DNA of 64,000 nucleotides from Phyllobates terribilis (GCF_046119375.1 NW_027362762.1:475292001-475356000); one strand, 5' to 3'. Shown: positions 39,784-53,796, counted from the first letter of the stretch. The notes: a model not told the origin generated them from the sequence alone. Numbers and translations are program-made.

Positions 39784-40683
39784 CCCCTTCCCAAAGCAGC
39801 CAATTCCCATTTTCGTTTTTTTCCCTTTCTTCCTCCCAGAGCCATAACTTTTTATTTTTCGGTCCACTTAGACATAGGAGGGCATGTCTTTTCGCAGGAC
39901 GAGTTGGACTTTTGAATGACACCATTCATTTTACCACATAGTGTTACTGGAAAACAGCAAACAAATTCCATATGCGGTAAAATTGTGAAAACACACAATG
40001 CTGACTTTTTTTTGAAGAATTATTTTTACGGCGTACTCTGTGTAGTAAAAATGACCATGCAATATGATTCATCAGTATGATTGCAGTGACACCAAACATG
40101 TCCAGTTTTTTGTTTGTTGTTGTTTTTTTTTTTAGTTGAAGAAAAAAAATCTGCTTAAAAAAAAATTTTTTTTTTTAGACCCCTCAAAGAACTTCTCTAG
40201 ATGTGTGGTGAGCACCATGAATCCCCAGGTGCTTCTCAGAAGTTTATAACGTAGAGCCGTGAAGATAAAAAAAAAATAAAAATCAAACTCTTTTCACAAA
40301 AATGTCAGCTTTGCACTGGCACAAGTCAGATAGATAGTGCACTGCACACAATCTCTCTAACTTCCTGATGCCTGGTGACCCGGATGTAGTCATGAGGATA
40401 TCGGGTCACCATGGCAACATTCGGGACCCCGCGCACACAGTGCGGGGTCTGCGATCCAAGGTAAGAGGGGGGCCGCCGGGTGTCAGCTGATTTTAACAGC
40501 TGACACCTGGTACTATGTGCCAGGAGCGGTCCCGCACCGCTACCGGTACATTAACCTCCGGAAATGCTACGATAGACTTCGATCCTCTGTGTAGGCGCGA
40601 TCGATGAGGCGTAATAATACGTACCTGGTCAATAAAAGTCCAGGGCACAAGTATGTATTATTACGCCCTGCGTCAGAATTGGG
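39784..40683. mobile_element. TTAA-flanked non-autonomous element related to the large family
   Basis: TTAA-CCCCTTCCC...GAATTGGG-TTAA. Contains blocks homologous to 51350-51430 and to the subrepeat (CTAGATGTGTGGTGAGCACC). Confidence 0.6.
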
Positions 40684-40687
40684 TTAA

Positions 40688-41022
40688 AGGGGTTTTCCCA
40701 TCTCCAAGATCCTATCCCAACATGTAGTGGGTGTAATAATAATAATATTAGCAAATACCTCCAATTAGAAATGTAGTATAGATTTTCTGATTCGCTATGT
40801 GTCTTTCCTCATGTGCAGGCATTGCAGGACCTTAGGTATCCATGGTTACGTCCACTAGCTGTCACTACATCAGTGGTCGTAACCATAGATACCTAAGGTC
40901 CTGAAATGCCTGCACATGAGGAAAAAGACATACATAGCGAATCAGAAAACAATACTACATTTCTAATTGGAGGTTACTGCTACTACATATTGGGATAGGA
41001 TCTTGGAGATGGGGAAACCACT
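40688..41022. mobile_element. Palindromic T2-type MITE
   Basis: TTAA-AGGGGTTTTCCCATCTCCAAGATCCTATCCC...GGGATAGGATCTTGGAGATGGGGAAACCACT-TTAA. Confidence 0.85.
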
Positions 41023-43014
41023 TTAATCAGCGTTCTGCCAGCATTATAGATGCTGGTAGTTATTATCCCTCACTTCCCAGTATGCATTGCCTTATGGCTT
41101 GCCCGAACATAACTCATGTTATGGCTAGATATACTGTTTGACAGACAGAAGAACATGAGCAAATACAGAAAGACTAAACAGTCTTGATGTCCCTCCTGCT
41201 AGAAACAGGTTACACTTGACAGGCTGCAAAACAGATTTTGTTACTTACGTTGAAAAGCCTCAGCCTTTATTAGGTTTTTTTTTTCTGTAGTGTGACAGCA
41301 TCCAAGCGTTAGGTGTTTTGGTGTGATTTTTCAGGGTCCCATCTGTACAACTAGTCACCCAATCCCCTTGGTTCCCGGCAGCTATTAAAAGTATGTTTTC
41401 CTCCGAAACGCCACAGCGTTTCAAATACAAACATTCATGGCTGAGATACTACAGCCAGTGGCCGATACATGCTGCCCAAACCATGAAAAAAAAAAAAGAA
41501 AGAAAGAAAAAATGTGTTTTTCTGAAAAACGCTGCAGGAATGGATATGCGGCAGATTTTAAATGGCTTCAAATCTAAAAGTAAAAAAATAAGCAACGTGT
41601 GCATGAGATTTCATTCACTTAGCAGGGACAGTAAAATGCTGCTTTTTCAAGGAAAAAAGAGCGGAAAAATGAGATGTGTGAACATACCAATGGCTAGTTT
41701 CCCATGATGAGTACTTGGTGCATTTTTGATGTTGCAAACTGTCTGTACCTATTCGGTAAATTCGGTTACTTGTGTTTTTTTTCATCGCACTTTTGAAGCT
41801 ATGGCTTTGGTCTCTTTTTAGTATGTTATGTTATAAATTAAGCTGCTTTGTTTTTGATACTTCTGCCATTTCACTTTGACAAAACTAAGGATACAGTCAT
41901 GTATCTTACATGAGTCTTTAGTGAGTTTAACTCGGAAGCACAATGAAAACCCATGTGGGGTTTTTACCTGCGGATTCTTCGTATCTAATGCAATTGTATG
42001 GGAAAAATCTGCACAAAAGTCTCAGCGCACTCACAGGAGAAATTGAAATGTTGTGGATTTCAAACATGCAGAGCATGTCAGTTAGGGCTGCGCACATTAT
42101 AATAAAAAAAAAAGCAGAGTGAGTGGAGATTTCTATAAATCCTGTCCACTTTGCTGGAACTGTTAGACATTTTCTTCAGCAGACCCTCGCCTGTCATGAC
42201 AATCCATCGGAACCCCACGATCGCATCACAATGCGCGTACAATGAGGTTTACCCTACAGCGGGCATTACATGCCGCTGTCACAGGTTAACAGTCATGGGT
42301 GGAACTCCACTCTACCTACAGCTGTTATAGGCAGATGATGGCTAAATAACACAACCATCATCTGCCAGGAAAGATACAGGCTTGGCTTATAAGCCTGTAT
42401 TAACCGCTTCCCGACCACCCACTGTACAAAAACGGGTGCGGTGCAGAGCGACAGCTCTGACAGGGGACATCATCGGGACCTGATTGGATCAGGTCGCAAT
42501 GATGTTAACCCTTTGCCATCTTCTAGATGACGCGATCTATAGTGATCGCGGCATTTAGAAGATAGTGAGAGGAGAGGGGGTCGTCCACTTACTTCTCCGA
42601 CGGCCCCCTGATGTCTGAGAGGACCGGCCGTTGTCATGGCAGCCAGAGGTCACATGACCGCCTCCGGGTCTGCCATGTACGATGTCCTGCTAGACTCAGC
42701 CTGCAGCTGAAGTCTAGCAGGAGACACTGACAATGTAAAACTGTCAGCAGAGCTGTCATGCAATGCAATACATGTCTATTGCATTGCATGAGAACAGTGA
42801 CTAGAAAAATAAAAATTAATGTCCCATACAGGGACTAAGCAAAAATGTAAAAAAAAAAAAAAATCTAAAAAATGTTTTCAAACTGTTAAAAAAAAATAAT
42901 CACAAAATAAATAAAAATAAATAAAATATTAAACCAATAAATCCGTATATTTATGCAAAAACAAAAAAAGTACACATATTTGGATCGCCTCGTCCGAAAC
43001 AACCCGATCTATAA

Positions 43015-43908
43015 GGCTGTGTGCCCACAATGCGTTTTTAATGCGTTTCTGCAGCTGCAGAAACGCATTAAAAACGCATGGTAGAAGGCCTGCCATGTTC
43101 CCCAATGATAATCCGCATGTGCTGTGCACATGCTGCGGAAATTTCCGCTGCGGATTATCATTGCGGGAAAAAAACGCAGCACTACCAATTATTTTGTGGA
43201 AGAGCTGCGTTTTCACCGCCATTGACTTGCATTAGAACGCGCCAATTCTGCAAGACTGCATCTGTACTTGCGTAATTGGCGCGTTCTAATGTGCGGATGG
43301 TACCCGGGTGTAGAGGAGAGGAAAGTCTCATCCACACCCAGGTACCATTAAAAAAGCTGTAAAAAAAAAAAAAAAAGAAAAAAAAAAGAAGAATAAAATA
43401 AAAAATAAATGTATATTTACCTTCTGGCGGCCCGCGCTGCGCTCCTCCTTGCTTCCCGGTGGATTGAAGGACCTGCGCTGACGTCAGAGTCATGTGACGG
43501 GTCACGCGACGCTGATGTCGGCAGGTCTTTCAATCCACCGCTGTCGGCAAGGGAGAAAGGAGTGTAAAGCAGGACACCGGGGGCCATTGGAGGGTAAGTA
43601 TACATTTATTTTTTTATTTTTAACCACTCTCTCGGGTCACACTATATAAATCCATGCCGTTTGCATGGATTTATACAGTGTGACCTAGTTGTCACAAGCA
43701 CTTTCCAAGTGATGCTAATCGCTTGGAAAGCGCTTGTCAATCCGCATGCGGAAATGTCAGTGAATAACGCTCCATTTCCGCATGTCCCTGGCAGGAAAAC
43801 GCATGTACAATCCGCGTGTACAATCCGCATGCGTTTTTTTTCTGCCAGGGAGATGCAGAAACGCTCAGGAAAAAATCCTGAGCATTCCTGCATCGTGGGC
43901 ACATAGCC
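43015..43908. mobile_element. Harbinger-type MITE nested in copy B
   Basis: TAA-GGCTGTGTGCCCAC...GTGGGCACATAGCC-TAA. Removing it restores ATCTATAAAACTGTCAC as seen in copy A (~22365). Confidence 0.85.
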
Positions 43909-44254
43909 TAAAACTGTCACACTAATTAACTCCTTCTGTGCACACCGTAAAAAAAAAAAAACGGAGCAAAAAAAAGCATTTTCATCATATCGCCAAACAA
44001 AAAGTGGAATAAAAGGCGATCAAAAAGCAAAATGGAAATAAAAATTGTACCGCTGAAAACATCTTGTGCCGCAAAAAAAAAAAAAAAAGCCGCCATACAG
44101 CTCCATCAGCCGAAAAATAAAAAAGTTATAGCTCTCAGAATAAAGCGATGTCAAAAAATATTTTTTCTATAAAAATTGTTGTGTAAAAGCGCCAAAACAT
44201 TAAAAAAAATACGGTAAGTGTAGCATCGCTGTAAACGTACTGACCCGAAGAATA

Positions 44255-45160
44255 CACTGTGTTCCAAATTATTATGCAAATAATATTTTCTTAGATTTTC
44301 CCAAATTACCTATAGGAATTGCAGTCATTGTAATTTTCCAGGCAAATAACTATTAGAGTACAATTGAAAGGTTTTTGTACAAACTGCCTATGATAACAGT
44401 ATATTTTTTAAAAAATAAAAAACTCAAAACTGCACTCAAAATGCATGTTCCAAATTATTATGCACAGCAAAGTTTTCAACCTTTTCATTTTAATAAAGAA
44501 CAAAAAAATGGTCATTTTTGAAATTATAAGCATTAGCAGGTTATTACAAACTGAAATCAAACAGTTTTGAACTCAAAACTTTATTCTAGGTGATGTTACA
44601 TTTGCACATAGGACCCCTTGTTCGAAAGGAGCTTCTGAACTCTCTCGTCCATTGAATTTGTCAGGTTTTGGATGGTTTCTGCTTCAATTGTTTTGCATGA
44701 GGACAGAATACCCTCCTAGAGCTGTTGCTTAGATGTGAACTGCCTCCCGCCATCAGAGACACTCCTTTTGATGATGCTCCAGAGGTTCTCAATGGGGTTG
44801 AGGTCAGGGGAGCATGGGTGCCACACCATAAGTTTGTCCCCTTTTATGCCCATAGCAGCCAGAGATGCAGATGTGTTATGTGCAGCATGAGACGGGGCAT
44901 TATCATGCATGAAAATGATCTTGCTGCGGAATGCACGGTTCTTCTTCTTGAACCAAGGAAGGAAGTGCTGTTTGAGAAACTCCACATACATTATGGAGTT
45001 CATCTTTACCCCTTCAGGGATCCTAAAAGGGCCGACAATCTCTCTCCCCATGATTCCAGCCCAAAACATTACTCCACCTCCTGCTTGTTAGCGCCGTAGC
45101 CGTGTTTGCATGGGGTGTCCATCAACCAGCCATCCTCCACTCCATCCATCTGGACCATCG
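44255..45160 (-). mobile_element. Tc1-like DD37E (TRT-type) transposon fragment nested in copy B
   Basis: TA-CACTGTGTTCCAAATTATTATGCA end, with a direct repeat at ~44447 (IR/DR-type). ORF 44716-45069 has 37 residues between D (HDNAPSH) and E (SPDLNPIE). Confidence 0.8.
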
Positions 45161-48100
45161 AGATCATTTATAGCTCTCAAAATATGATGATGCAAAAACT
45201 AGATTTTGCAAATATAAAGCGTCTTTTAGTGTGTGACAGCTGTCAATCATAAAAACCCGATATAAATCTGGTATCGCTGTAATAGCACCGACCCGAACAA
45301 TAAAGTAATCTCATCACTTATACCGCACGAGGAACGGCGCAAAAAATAAATAAAACCACTTCTTCACCTGCTACTGATTTGTTTATTATGTCTCCCAAAG
45401 ATCGCAGTATGGCTCTGCTCACATTTATCCTGTGCTCTGCGCTGAGCACTTACACCAGAGTTTCCGTGTAAATCTCTGAAATCCGTGATTCAGACGGAAC
45501 CCATGATGGAAGATTCCCTGTAATGAGAAATTGCACAACAAATTTCATGGTGCAATTTCTCCTGTTACCCTTATGATAATGCAAAATTAATTTTTTTGTG
45601 GGAAAAATGTGAAAATGTTATTTTTACGGCTCAATATTATAAACTTCTGTGAAGCACCTGAGGGTGCAAGGTGCTCACCACACATCTAGATAAGTTCCCT
45701 AAAGGGTCTAGTTTCCAAAATGGTGTCACTTGTGGGGGGTTTCCACTGTTTAGTCACATCAGGGGCTCCCCAAATGCAACATGGCGTCCGCTAATTATTT
45801 AAGCAAATTTTACATTCAAAAAGTCAAATGGTGCTCCTTCCCTTCCGAACCCTGCCGTGCGCCAAAACAGTGGTTTTCCCCCACATATGGGGTATCGGCT
45901 TACTCAGGAGAAATTGCACAACAAATTTCATGCTGCAATTTCTCCTGTTACCCTTATGATAATGCAAAATTAAGGGATGAAAAATGTTTTTATGGGAAAA
46001 ATGTGAAAATTTTATTTTTACAGCTCAATATTATAAACTTCTGTGAAGAACCTTGGGGTTCAAGGTGCTCACCACACATCTAGATAAGATCCCTAAGGGG
46101 TCTAGTTTCCAAAATGGTGTCACTTGTGGGGGGTTTCCACTGTTTAGGCACATCAGGGGCTCCCCAAACGCAACATGGCATCCGCTAATTATTCAAGCAA
46201 ATTTTACATTCAAAAAATCAAATGGCGCTCCTTCCCTTCCGAACCCTGCAGTGCGCCCAAACAGTGGTTTTCCCTCACATATGGAGTATCAGCGTGCTCA
46301 GGAGAAAATTGCACTACAAACTGTGTAGTCCATTTTTTCCTGTTACCTCTGTGAAAATATAAAAATTGTGTCTAAAGTAACATTTTTGTGAAAAAAAGTT
46401 AAATGTTCATTGTTTTCTTCCACATTCCAAAAATTCCTGTGAAGCACCTGAAGGATTAATAAACTTCTTGAATGTGGTTTTGAGCACCTTGAGGGGTGTA
46501 GTTTTTAGAATGGTGTCACTTTTGCGTATTTTATGTCATAAACGCCCCTCAAAGTCACTTCAAATAAGATGTGGTCCCTAAAAAAATGTTTTTGCAAATT
46601 TTGTTGGAAAAATGAGAAAACACTGGTCAACTTTTAACCCTTATAGCTTCCTAACAAAAAAAAAAAATGTTGGTTCCAAAATTGTGCTGATGTAAAGTAG
46701 ACATGTGGGAAATGTTATTTATTAACTCTTTTGTGTGACATATCTCTCTGATTTAAGGGCATGAAAATTCAAAGCTTGAAAATTGCAAAATTTTCAAAAT
46801 TTTCGCCAAATTTCTGTTTTTTTTCACAAATAAACGCAAGTGATATCGAAGAAATTTTACCACTATCATGAAGTACAATATGTCACGAAAAAACAATCTC
46901 AAAATCAGGGGGATCCGTTGAAGCGTTCCAGAGTAATTACTTCATAAAGTGACAGTGGTCAGAATTGCAAAAATTGGCCTGGTCACAAAGGCGAAAACAG
47001 GCTCTGGCGCGAAGTGGTTAAAGACAGGTAGCCAGAATTCGACATATCACTACGTAATAGGTTGGAGAAAGAAAAGGGTAAAAATCCTTTTACAAACTTC
47101 ATACGGTTATAATGGCAGATAATTATTATGAATAAATAAATACTTAAAAAATAAAAAAAACAGCTGATTTTCCTGACAAACCATATAAAGCTTGTAAAAT
47201 GTTATTTATTCATTGGAATTAGTTGTGATATGGCAGAGGTATCAATTACTGCATCTCACAGTCCTCATGATCCTTCAACAAGGCCTATTTTCACAACTGC
47301 TCCAGTCAACAGATTATGGAAACTATAAAAGATACAAGTGTTTCAGTAGGTTTACAAGCTCTTATAAAAGGGTGTCATTAGTATTTAGGCTCTACCATGT
47401 CTACCAACACATAAGAGATACAGGAAAAACAATATAAAGTGTCTAAAATAAATAGTGAGTGCTAACAAAATATGTAATTATCACTTTGGGGTTTTGTATA
47501 TTTTCATAATAGGTTTTCTTATTTACATGATTGCCTTTCAATATACAAAGAAAAAAAAGTGATAGCCTATCGAATTTTATGTCAAATTTAAAAAAAAAAG
47601 AAAAAAAAGTGTAACGCATGACATTCTTTACGGTCTACCAAGCACCACCCAAGTCAGGTAGTAATAGTTTAGAGGAGGATTGGCTAAGAGGGCAGGGTTT
47701 ACATTAATCTCAGTCTACCTCACCCACACTAAAATATCTCTTACAGTAAAAACTAGACTTGTATGATCCTGCAGGCAAAAGGCACACCTATATTCTCTGG
47801 AAATATGAAAATGTTCAGCTAAGAATATCTCTTTGCCTTTCTTTAAGAGCAGACGTGACTCAGAAGGATGACAAGCAGAATGTTACAAAATTGCACTTAA
47901 ATACCATCCAGAGAAGGAGGCGATGCAGTAGTTACCAGATGCTCCCGTCATGGTTGATTGTATGGATGGCTTTAGGAAGCAAGTGAACAGACATGTGTAA
48001 AGTCAATCTACCTAAATGTTTGGAGAATAGGGAATAGCCAATCTGTCATGATTATAGCAAGATCAGTTTATGATGATGTCAGTTCGGCTCACACCAACAT

Positions 48101-49926
48101 GTCTAGGGCAATATTAACAGAGGTCCAGAAAGCAAAAATCTATGCAAGATGCATGGACAATTCTTGTATGGGGTGTCAGTATTTTGATGGGGTGTACTTA
48201 GAGGGTACAGTACAGTCCATCTCATTTAATGTTATGGCCATAGAAAATGGGTTGAAAATGGCTAACCCTATAGAAGCCTTATCTATGTGTAGTCAGAATA
48301 TAGTAAGTGGACTTCCCTAATCAAGCGGTGTGCAATAGTCAAGCCAAGCGGCGTACACCTCTTTTCACTGTGCATGCATAGAGAGACCTGGCACGATTTG
48401 GCAAAGACTGGTATAGCCAGAATGGCCAGGGGACATTAATTTAAAGAAAACCGGTCATCAGGTTTTTACTATCCCATCTGAGATTAGGATAATGTAGAGA
48501 CAAAGATCCTGATTCCAGTGATGTGTCACTTACTTGGCTGCTGGCTATCATTCTGATAAATACAGGTAATGGAGAAACATGGGTTAATTCTGCACGGCCA
48601 TGTAGAAAGTATGAGGGATGCCAATCCGAGTGTAAGTGTTTTATTTAGTCGACTAAATAAACCACTTACACTCAGACTGGTATCCCTCATACTTTCTACT
48701 TGGCCGCGCAGAACTAACCCATTTGTTTCTCCATTACCTGCATTTTCATCCCCTCGTGGGTCTGCAGCAGCCTAAGCGTTATTAGTGGTTGTGTGCACAC
48801 AACCCGACCAGGTGAGCACTATCAAATTATTTTCTCAATATTGTTACCCAGATAAGACCCTATTTTTGCACGGTGTCTTTCCAGTTCTCCCTTTGCATGG
48901 ATCATTCTGATGAAAGCACAGTTTTCTCGGCGCAGATCTAGCAGCTCTCTGAATGCGGAGCTCTGTATAACCTCACCCACACCACTGATTGTCAGTTTTC
49001 TAGGTACACTGTGCATAGGCAGACATTTGCCAACCTGTGGTAGAGATGGGGTTATACACAGCTCATGAATATGGAGGATTACATGGCAGCAGGTTTACTG
49101 ATCCTCTAGTTATAATCTGCTGATAAAGCAGGGATTTTAGCAAAACTACAGCAAGTAGCCCAGTATATGACACATGGCGGGAATTAGGGCTAAATCATAC
49201 TGACTAAGTGGAAAAAACCTGCTGGCAGATTCCTTAAAAACTTGTAAGAGTAGGATTGAAGACAAGACTAAATCACTTTAAAGGATAGTAACAAACCCCT
49301 GTGTCATCAGCAGTAATTTCCACACAGTGCAAACAATTTTATACGGGTCACATTTATAAATCTATTCCTGTCCGGTATAATACTATGGTGGCGGGTAAGG
49401 GCCACTCAAGTCAGACTTCTTATACAGAAGATTTTACAAAAGTTCTAAAATTCTGTTCTGAATATACAATATACCCTTAATTCTGCATTGATTTTTTTGT
49501 TCCATGTATGTATACAGGGTCATCAAAACATCATCCACATGTATTATAAATTGCTCAGAATTTTTAGTATGGAATCAGCACAGAAAATTCAATGTAATGA
49601 ATTTGATGTAAAGAGTTTTAATGCCTGAATTTATTGTCAACTGTAGTTGAGCAGCTTTGCCATTTTAATGCCATCATTCTGTGCCAATCCAGTTATGATC
49701 TCAAATTTGGGTAGAGAACTTGATTTAGCGAAAAAAATATTATTTTTTTTTCTTTTTACTCAACTCACTCAATATTGAAATTTTAACACCAAAAAGTAAT
49801 GTTATGCAAATCGAGATGTAGCATGTTGCAAATGATCAGGATTTGAAGCACCTAGCTCCAATCTGTGACATGTGGAAGTGGCATAAAAGTCAGACTGAGA
49901 AATTTTTCTTCCAACCACGTGAAGCA

Positions 49927-49958
<32 letters not shown>

Positions 49959-50049
49959 AATCCAGTTTTGTGGGGTGGCTTCTGTTAGTCGACATGCCAG
50001 TTATCGCCGCTTATGGCAAACTGAAAGGGACAGACTTCTTGAACAGCAA

Positions 50050-50980
50050 GACCTTGGTTTATTACGCCAGTAGACCGCAACGCACATAGGCCAAGATGTC
50101 AGCACTGCTCATCATTGTGTGTGCCTGCGGTAGGGAGATCAACGATGAACTGGAACAACAGTAAAAGGTGCAGAGGCGAACCTCTGCATAGTGATCTAAT
50201 CTGTACTGCCATTGATATTGGACATCACATACCAAGTCTAAAGCATCAAACAGTCTACATACACCATCAAAAGGTGTTCAGACAATAATGGGCACCAGCC
50301 GAAGGTCAAGTTACAGGTGTTCCATTATCCTCACATCACCGCTCTCAAAGGCCTTCATGGTGCAGAGTAAGATGGCAATGGAAGCCTATCCTCTTCAACA
50401 AGAAGTCCTACTTTTGTCTTGGATGCAATGATAGCCAGAGATTGGTATGGCGACAACATGGGCAACACCATGAAGAGACTGCCACACTGGTGCTACTCCC
50501 ACCAGGATTATGGTGTGAGGAGACAATATATGGTAGCTGGACACTTCTAGTCTTCATTCTAGGTGTACTAACAGCTTGGCGTTACATTGCGTCGATCGTG
50601 GAACAACTAATTCTCCAAAAGATCTCAGGAGCCAGATTTCAACAAGAAAAAGCCAGGTACTGCGAGAATCTCCGGAGTTATCTACCCTCAAGCATGTCTG
50701 GGACATCATTAGTTGGCCATTGCACATTGAGCTGCCATCAGCAGATCCTGACGATCTGCTCAAGTGCGTTCATCGTGACAGAAATTTCCTCAGACAACCA
50801 CCAACACGGCATGGCATGCCATCAATGAGGTGCGTGTATTTGTGTGTGTGGCGCTCATACTCTATGTTGAATAAATTGGGAGGTTTTGAAAATTTGTTTC
50901 CAATTTTCCATCATTTGCATGTCAGTAACAGTAGCATATCTATCCATTTTGTGATTTCAATGTTGAGGAGTGTATGAACA
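50050..50980 (+). mobile_element. Highly decayed Tc1-like remnant
   Basis: SPELSTLKHVWDII...PSMRCVYLC resembles SPDLSPIEHVWD...SMPRRV.AC. Confidence 0.55.
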
Positions 50981-52785
50981 TAACTGGAAATCTATCTAAA
51001 ATGGTTTTGAATGCATTAATGGTAAAGCTTTACTTTTATAAGAAGAAAAAAAAAATGAAAATAATCATAGAACTTATACTCTGGAAACCCATTTGTACTC
51101 AATCATGTAGATGTTATGGATTACAGAATATGAATTAACTAGCTAGCTGCTGTTGCCTTAATGTTTCTTCGTGGTACTTAAAAAAACAAAACAAACAAAA
51201 AAAAAAAAACAGGCAATAATTATATAGATATTTAACCCCTTTAAAGCCCATGACGTACTAATATGCCTCTGTGTCCTGGGACTTAAGAGCCTGACCCGTA
51301 TTAGTACGTCATCGTGATCGCGCGCGCACACAGGCTGTGCGTGCGCGATCGCCGCCGGGTGTCAGCTGATTGTCACAGCTGACACCCGATACTATGTGCA
51401 GGGAGCGGTTCCAGCACCGCTCCCGGCACATTAACCCCCTCAATGCTGCGATCGAAGTCGATCGCAGCATTGCGGTGGCTAAGGGGAGGTGATCGCAATA
51501 CTCACCTCCTCTTCCGGCCTCCAGCGCTGTCTGCCGTGGCTTCCCGGGTGTTGCCATGTCGACCCGATGTCGTCATGACAACATCCGGGTCACCAGACAG
51601 CAGGAAGACTGTTTGGTCATGCGCAGTGCATGACCAAACAATCTTCTCACTGTGCAGAGCTGACAGCCTGCATGGCACAGGGATGGTGCTCCATTCCTGT
51701 GCTATGCAGGCGATCAGAATAAAAAAAAGTGAAAGTCCCAGAGTGGGACAAAGTAAAAAAAACTTTCAGAAAGTGAAAAAAAAAAAAAATTTTTTGTAAA
51801 AATATAAAAAAAATAATCCACCAAAAATAAAATGTACCCATCAATAAATATTCTGAAAAAAAACCCAACAAAACAATAAAACTACACATATTTAGTATCG
51901 CCGCGTCCATAACGACCTGACCTATAAAACTGTCCCACTAGTTAACACCTTCAGTGAACACTGTAAAAAAATAAAATAAAAAAGGAAGCAAAAAACAATG
52001 CTTTATCATCATACAGCCAAACAAAAAATGGAATAACACGCGATCAAAAAGACGAATATAAATAAAAATGGTACCGCCGAAAACGTCATCTTGTCCCGCA
52101 AAAAACAAGCCGCCATATAGCTCCATCATCCGAAAAATCAAAAAGTTATAGCTCTCAGAATAAAGTGATGCAAAAAAAATTTTTTTTTCTATAAAATAGC
52201 TTTTGTGTAAAAGCGCCAAAACATAGAAAAACAATATAAATGTGGTACCGCTGTAAACGTACTGACCCAAAGAATAAAGCTGCCTTATCAATTTGACCAC
52301 ACGTGCAGTAGAATAAAGAAATTTAAAAAAAAAAACAATTCCTAAATTGTTGGTTTTTGTTTATTCTGCCTCCCAAAAGCTGGAATAGAAAGCGATCAAA
52401 AAATGTCACGTGCCTGAAAATGGCACCAATAAAAACGTCAACTCATCCCGCAAAAAACAAGCCGTCACATGACTCTGTCGGACAAAATATGGAAAAATTA
52501 TAGCTCTCAAAATATGGCGATGCAAAAAATAGATTTTACAAAATATGTGTCTTTTAGTGTGTGACCGCTGTCGATCATAAAAACTTGATATGATTCTGGT
52601 ATCTCTGTAGTCGCACCGACCCGAAGAATAAGGTCGTCTAATCACTTATACCGCACTAGGAACGGCGTAAAAAATAAACTCTAGGGCTGGGGTTGGGGTT
52701 AGGGTTGTGCTAATGTTAGGGTTGTTTTTTTTTTTCTTCAAAAGTTAAAAAAAAAAAAAAAAAAAAAAGATGACAATATGGCAAC

Positions 52786-53053
52786 TAGTGTTGAACGCAA
52801 GTGCTCACTACTTGAGTTTGCATCGGATGCTCGGGTATGCATTGAGTATCGCGGGTGCTCGAGCCTCCGCCCCATATGCTTCGCGGATTGCCTGCCATGC
52901 ACAAGCGATCCCCGCATGGTTTTTTTGGGGTGTCTAATAACCGTGAAACATGCGGGCGGGGACTCGAGCATTTCACTTGAGCACCCATGATACATGGTGC
53001 ATACCTGAGTACCCGATGCAAACTCAAGTAGCGAGCACTTGCGCTCAAGACTA
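52786..53053. mobile_element. hAT-type MITE
   Basis: TAGTGTTGAACGCAAGTGCTC...GAGCACTTGCGCTCAAGACTA with 8-bp flanks ATGGCAAC / ATGACAAC. Confidence 0.75.
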
Positions 53054-53699
53054 ATGACAACTTATTCAATATGATGACCTAATGTTATCAAATTCTGTGT
53101 CGTACCTCTGGGTTCAAAATGTTCACTATACCCCTTGATAAAATCCTTGAGGGGTGTAGTTTCCAAAATGGGGTCACTTGTGCGGGGTTTCAACTATTTA
53201 GGCACATCAGGGGCTCTCCAAACGCGACATGGCGTCCACTCTCGATTCCAGCCAATTTTGCGTTCAAAAAGTCACACAGTTCTCATTCCCTTCTGAACTC
53301 TGCCGTGCGCCCAAACACTGTATTTTCCCCACATATGGGGTATTGGCGTACACAGGAGAAATTGCACAAAAGTTTTTGGGGTCCATTTTCTCCTCTTACC
53401 CTTGTGAAAATAAAAAAATTGGGGCTAAAACATAATTTTTATGGAAAAGATCCTAGTTACTTACCGGTAACGGGATTTTACAGAGCCCATGACAGCACCA
53501 CCTGAGAGAGGGTATCCGCCCACCAAGGACAGGAACCTACTGAATAAAAAGGCGGTACCTCTCCTCCGCATCAGTTTTTTGTTTCAGAGCATGAGAGGGC
53601 CTCCGAAGACAGGTTAATACATAACCACCACCTCAACATATGTACTAAACACCTTAAAAAAAGTGCACACCACAGTGATAAAGGGGAGGGAATTAATAG

Positions 53700-53786
53700 G
53701 GTGCTGTCATGGGCTCTGTAAAATCCCGTTACAGGTAAGTAACTAGGATCTTTTCCCCTTCTCCCATGACAGCACCACCTGAGAGA
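53700..53786. repeat. DIRS internal complementary region (ICR)
   Basis: The first half is the reverse complement of the left terminus (one mismatch) and the second half is the reverse complement of the right terminus, joined at GATC-TTTT-CCCC. Confidence 0.92.
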
Positions 53787-53796
53787 TTTATAGAGA

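Larger units (their letters stand above)
42404..47017 (+). mobile_element. Large TTAA-flanked element, copy B
   Basis: TTAA-CCGCTTCCCGACC...GGCGCGAAGTGG-TTAA. ~393-bp subrepeats (e.g. ~45668 and ~46061). Confidence 0.85.

Noticed and set aside
45500-46500. Regularly spaced repeats that might suggest a CRISPR-like or other repeat-spacer array
   Set aside because: The units are ~390 bp, diverged along their whole length, with no unique spacers and no associated genes. The context is vertebrate.
52680-52725. Telomere-like GGGTT/TTAGGG variants
   Set aside because: Only a few degenerate units inside a TE; too short to call an interstitial telomere.
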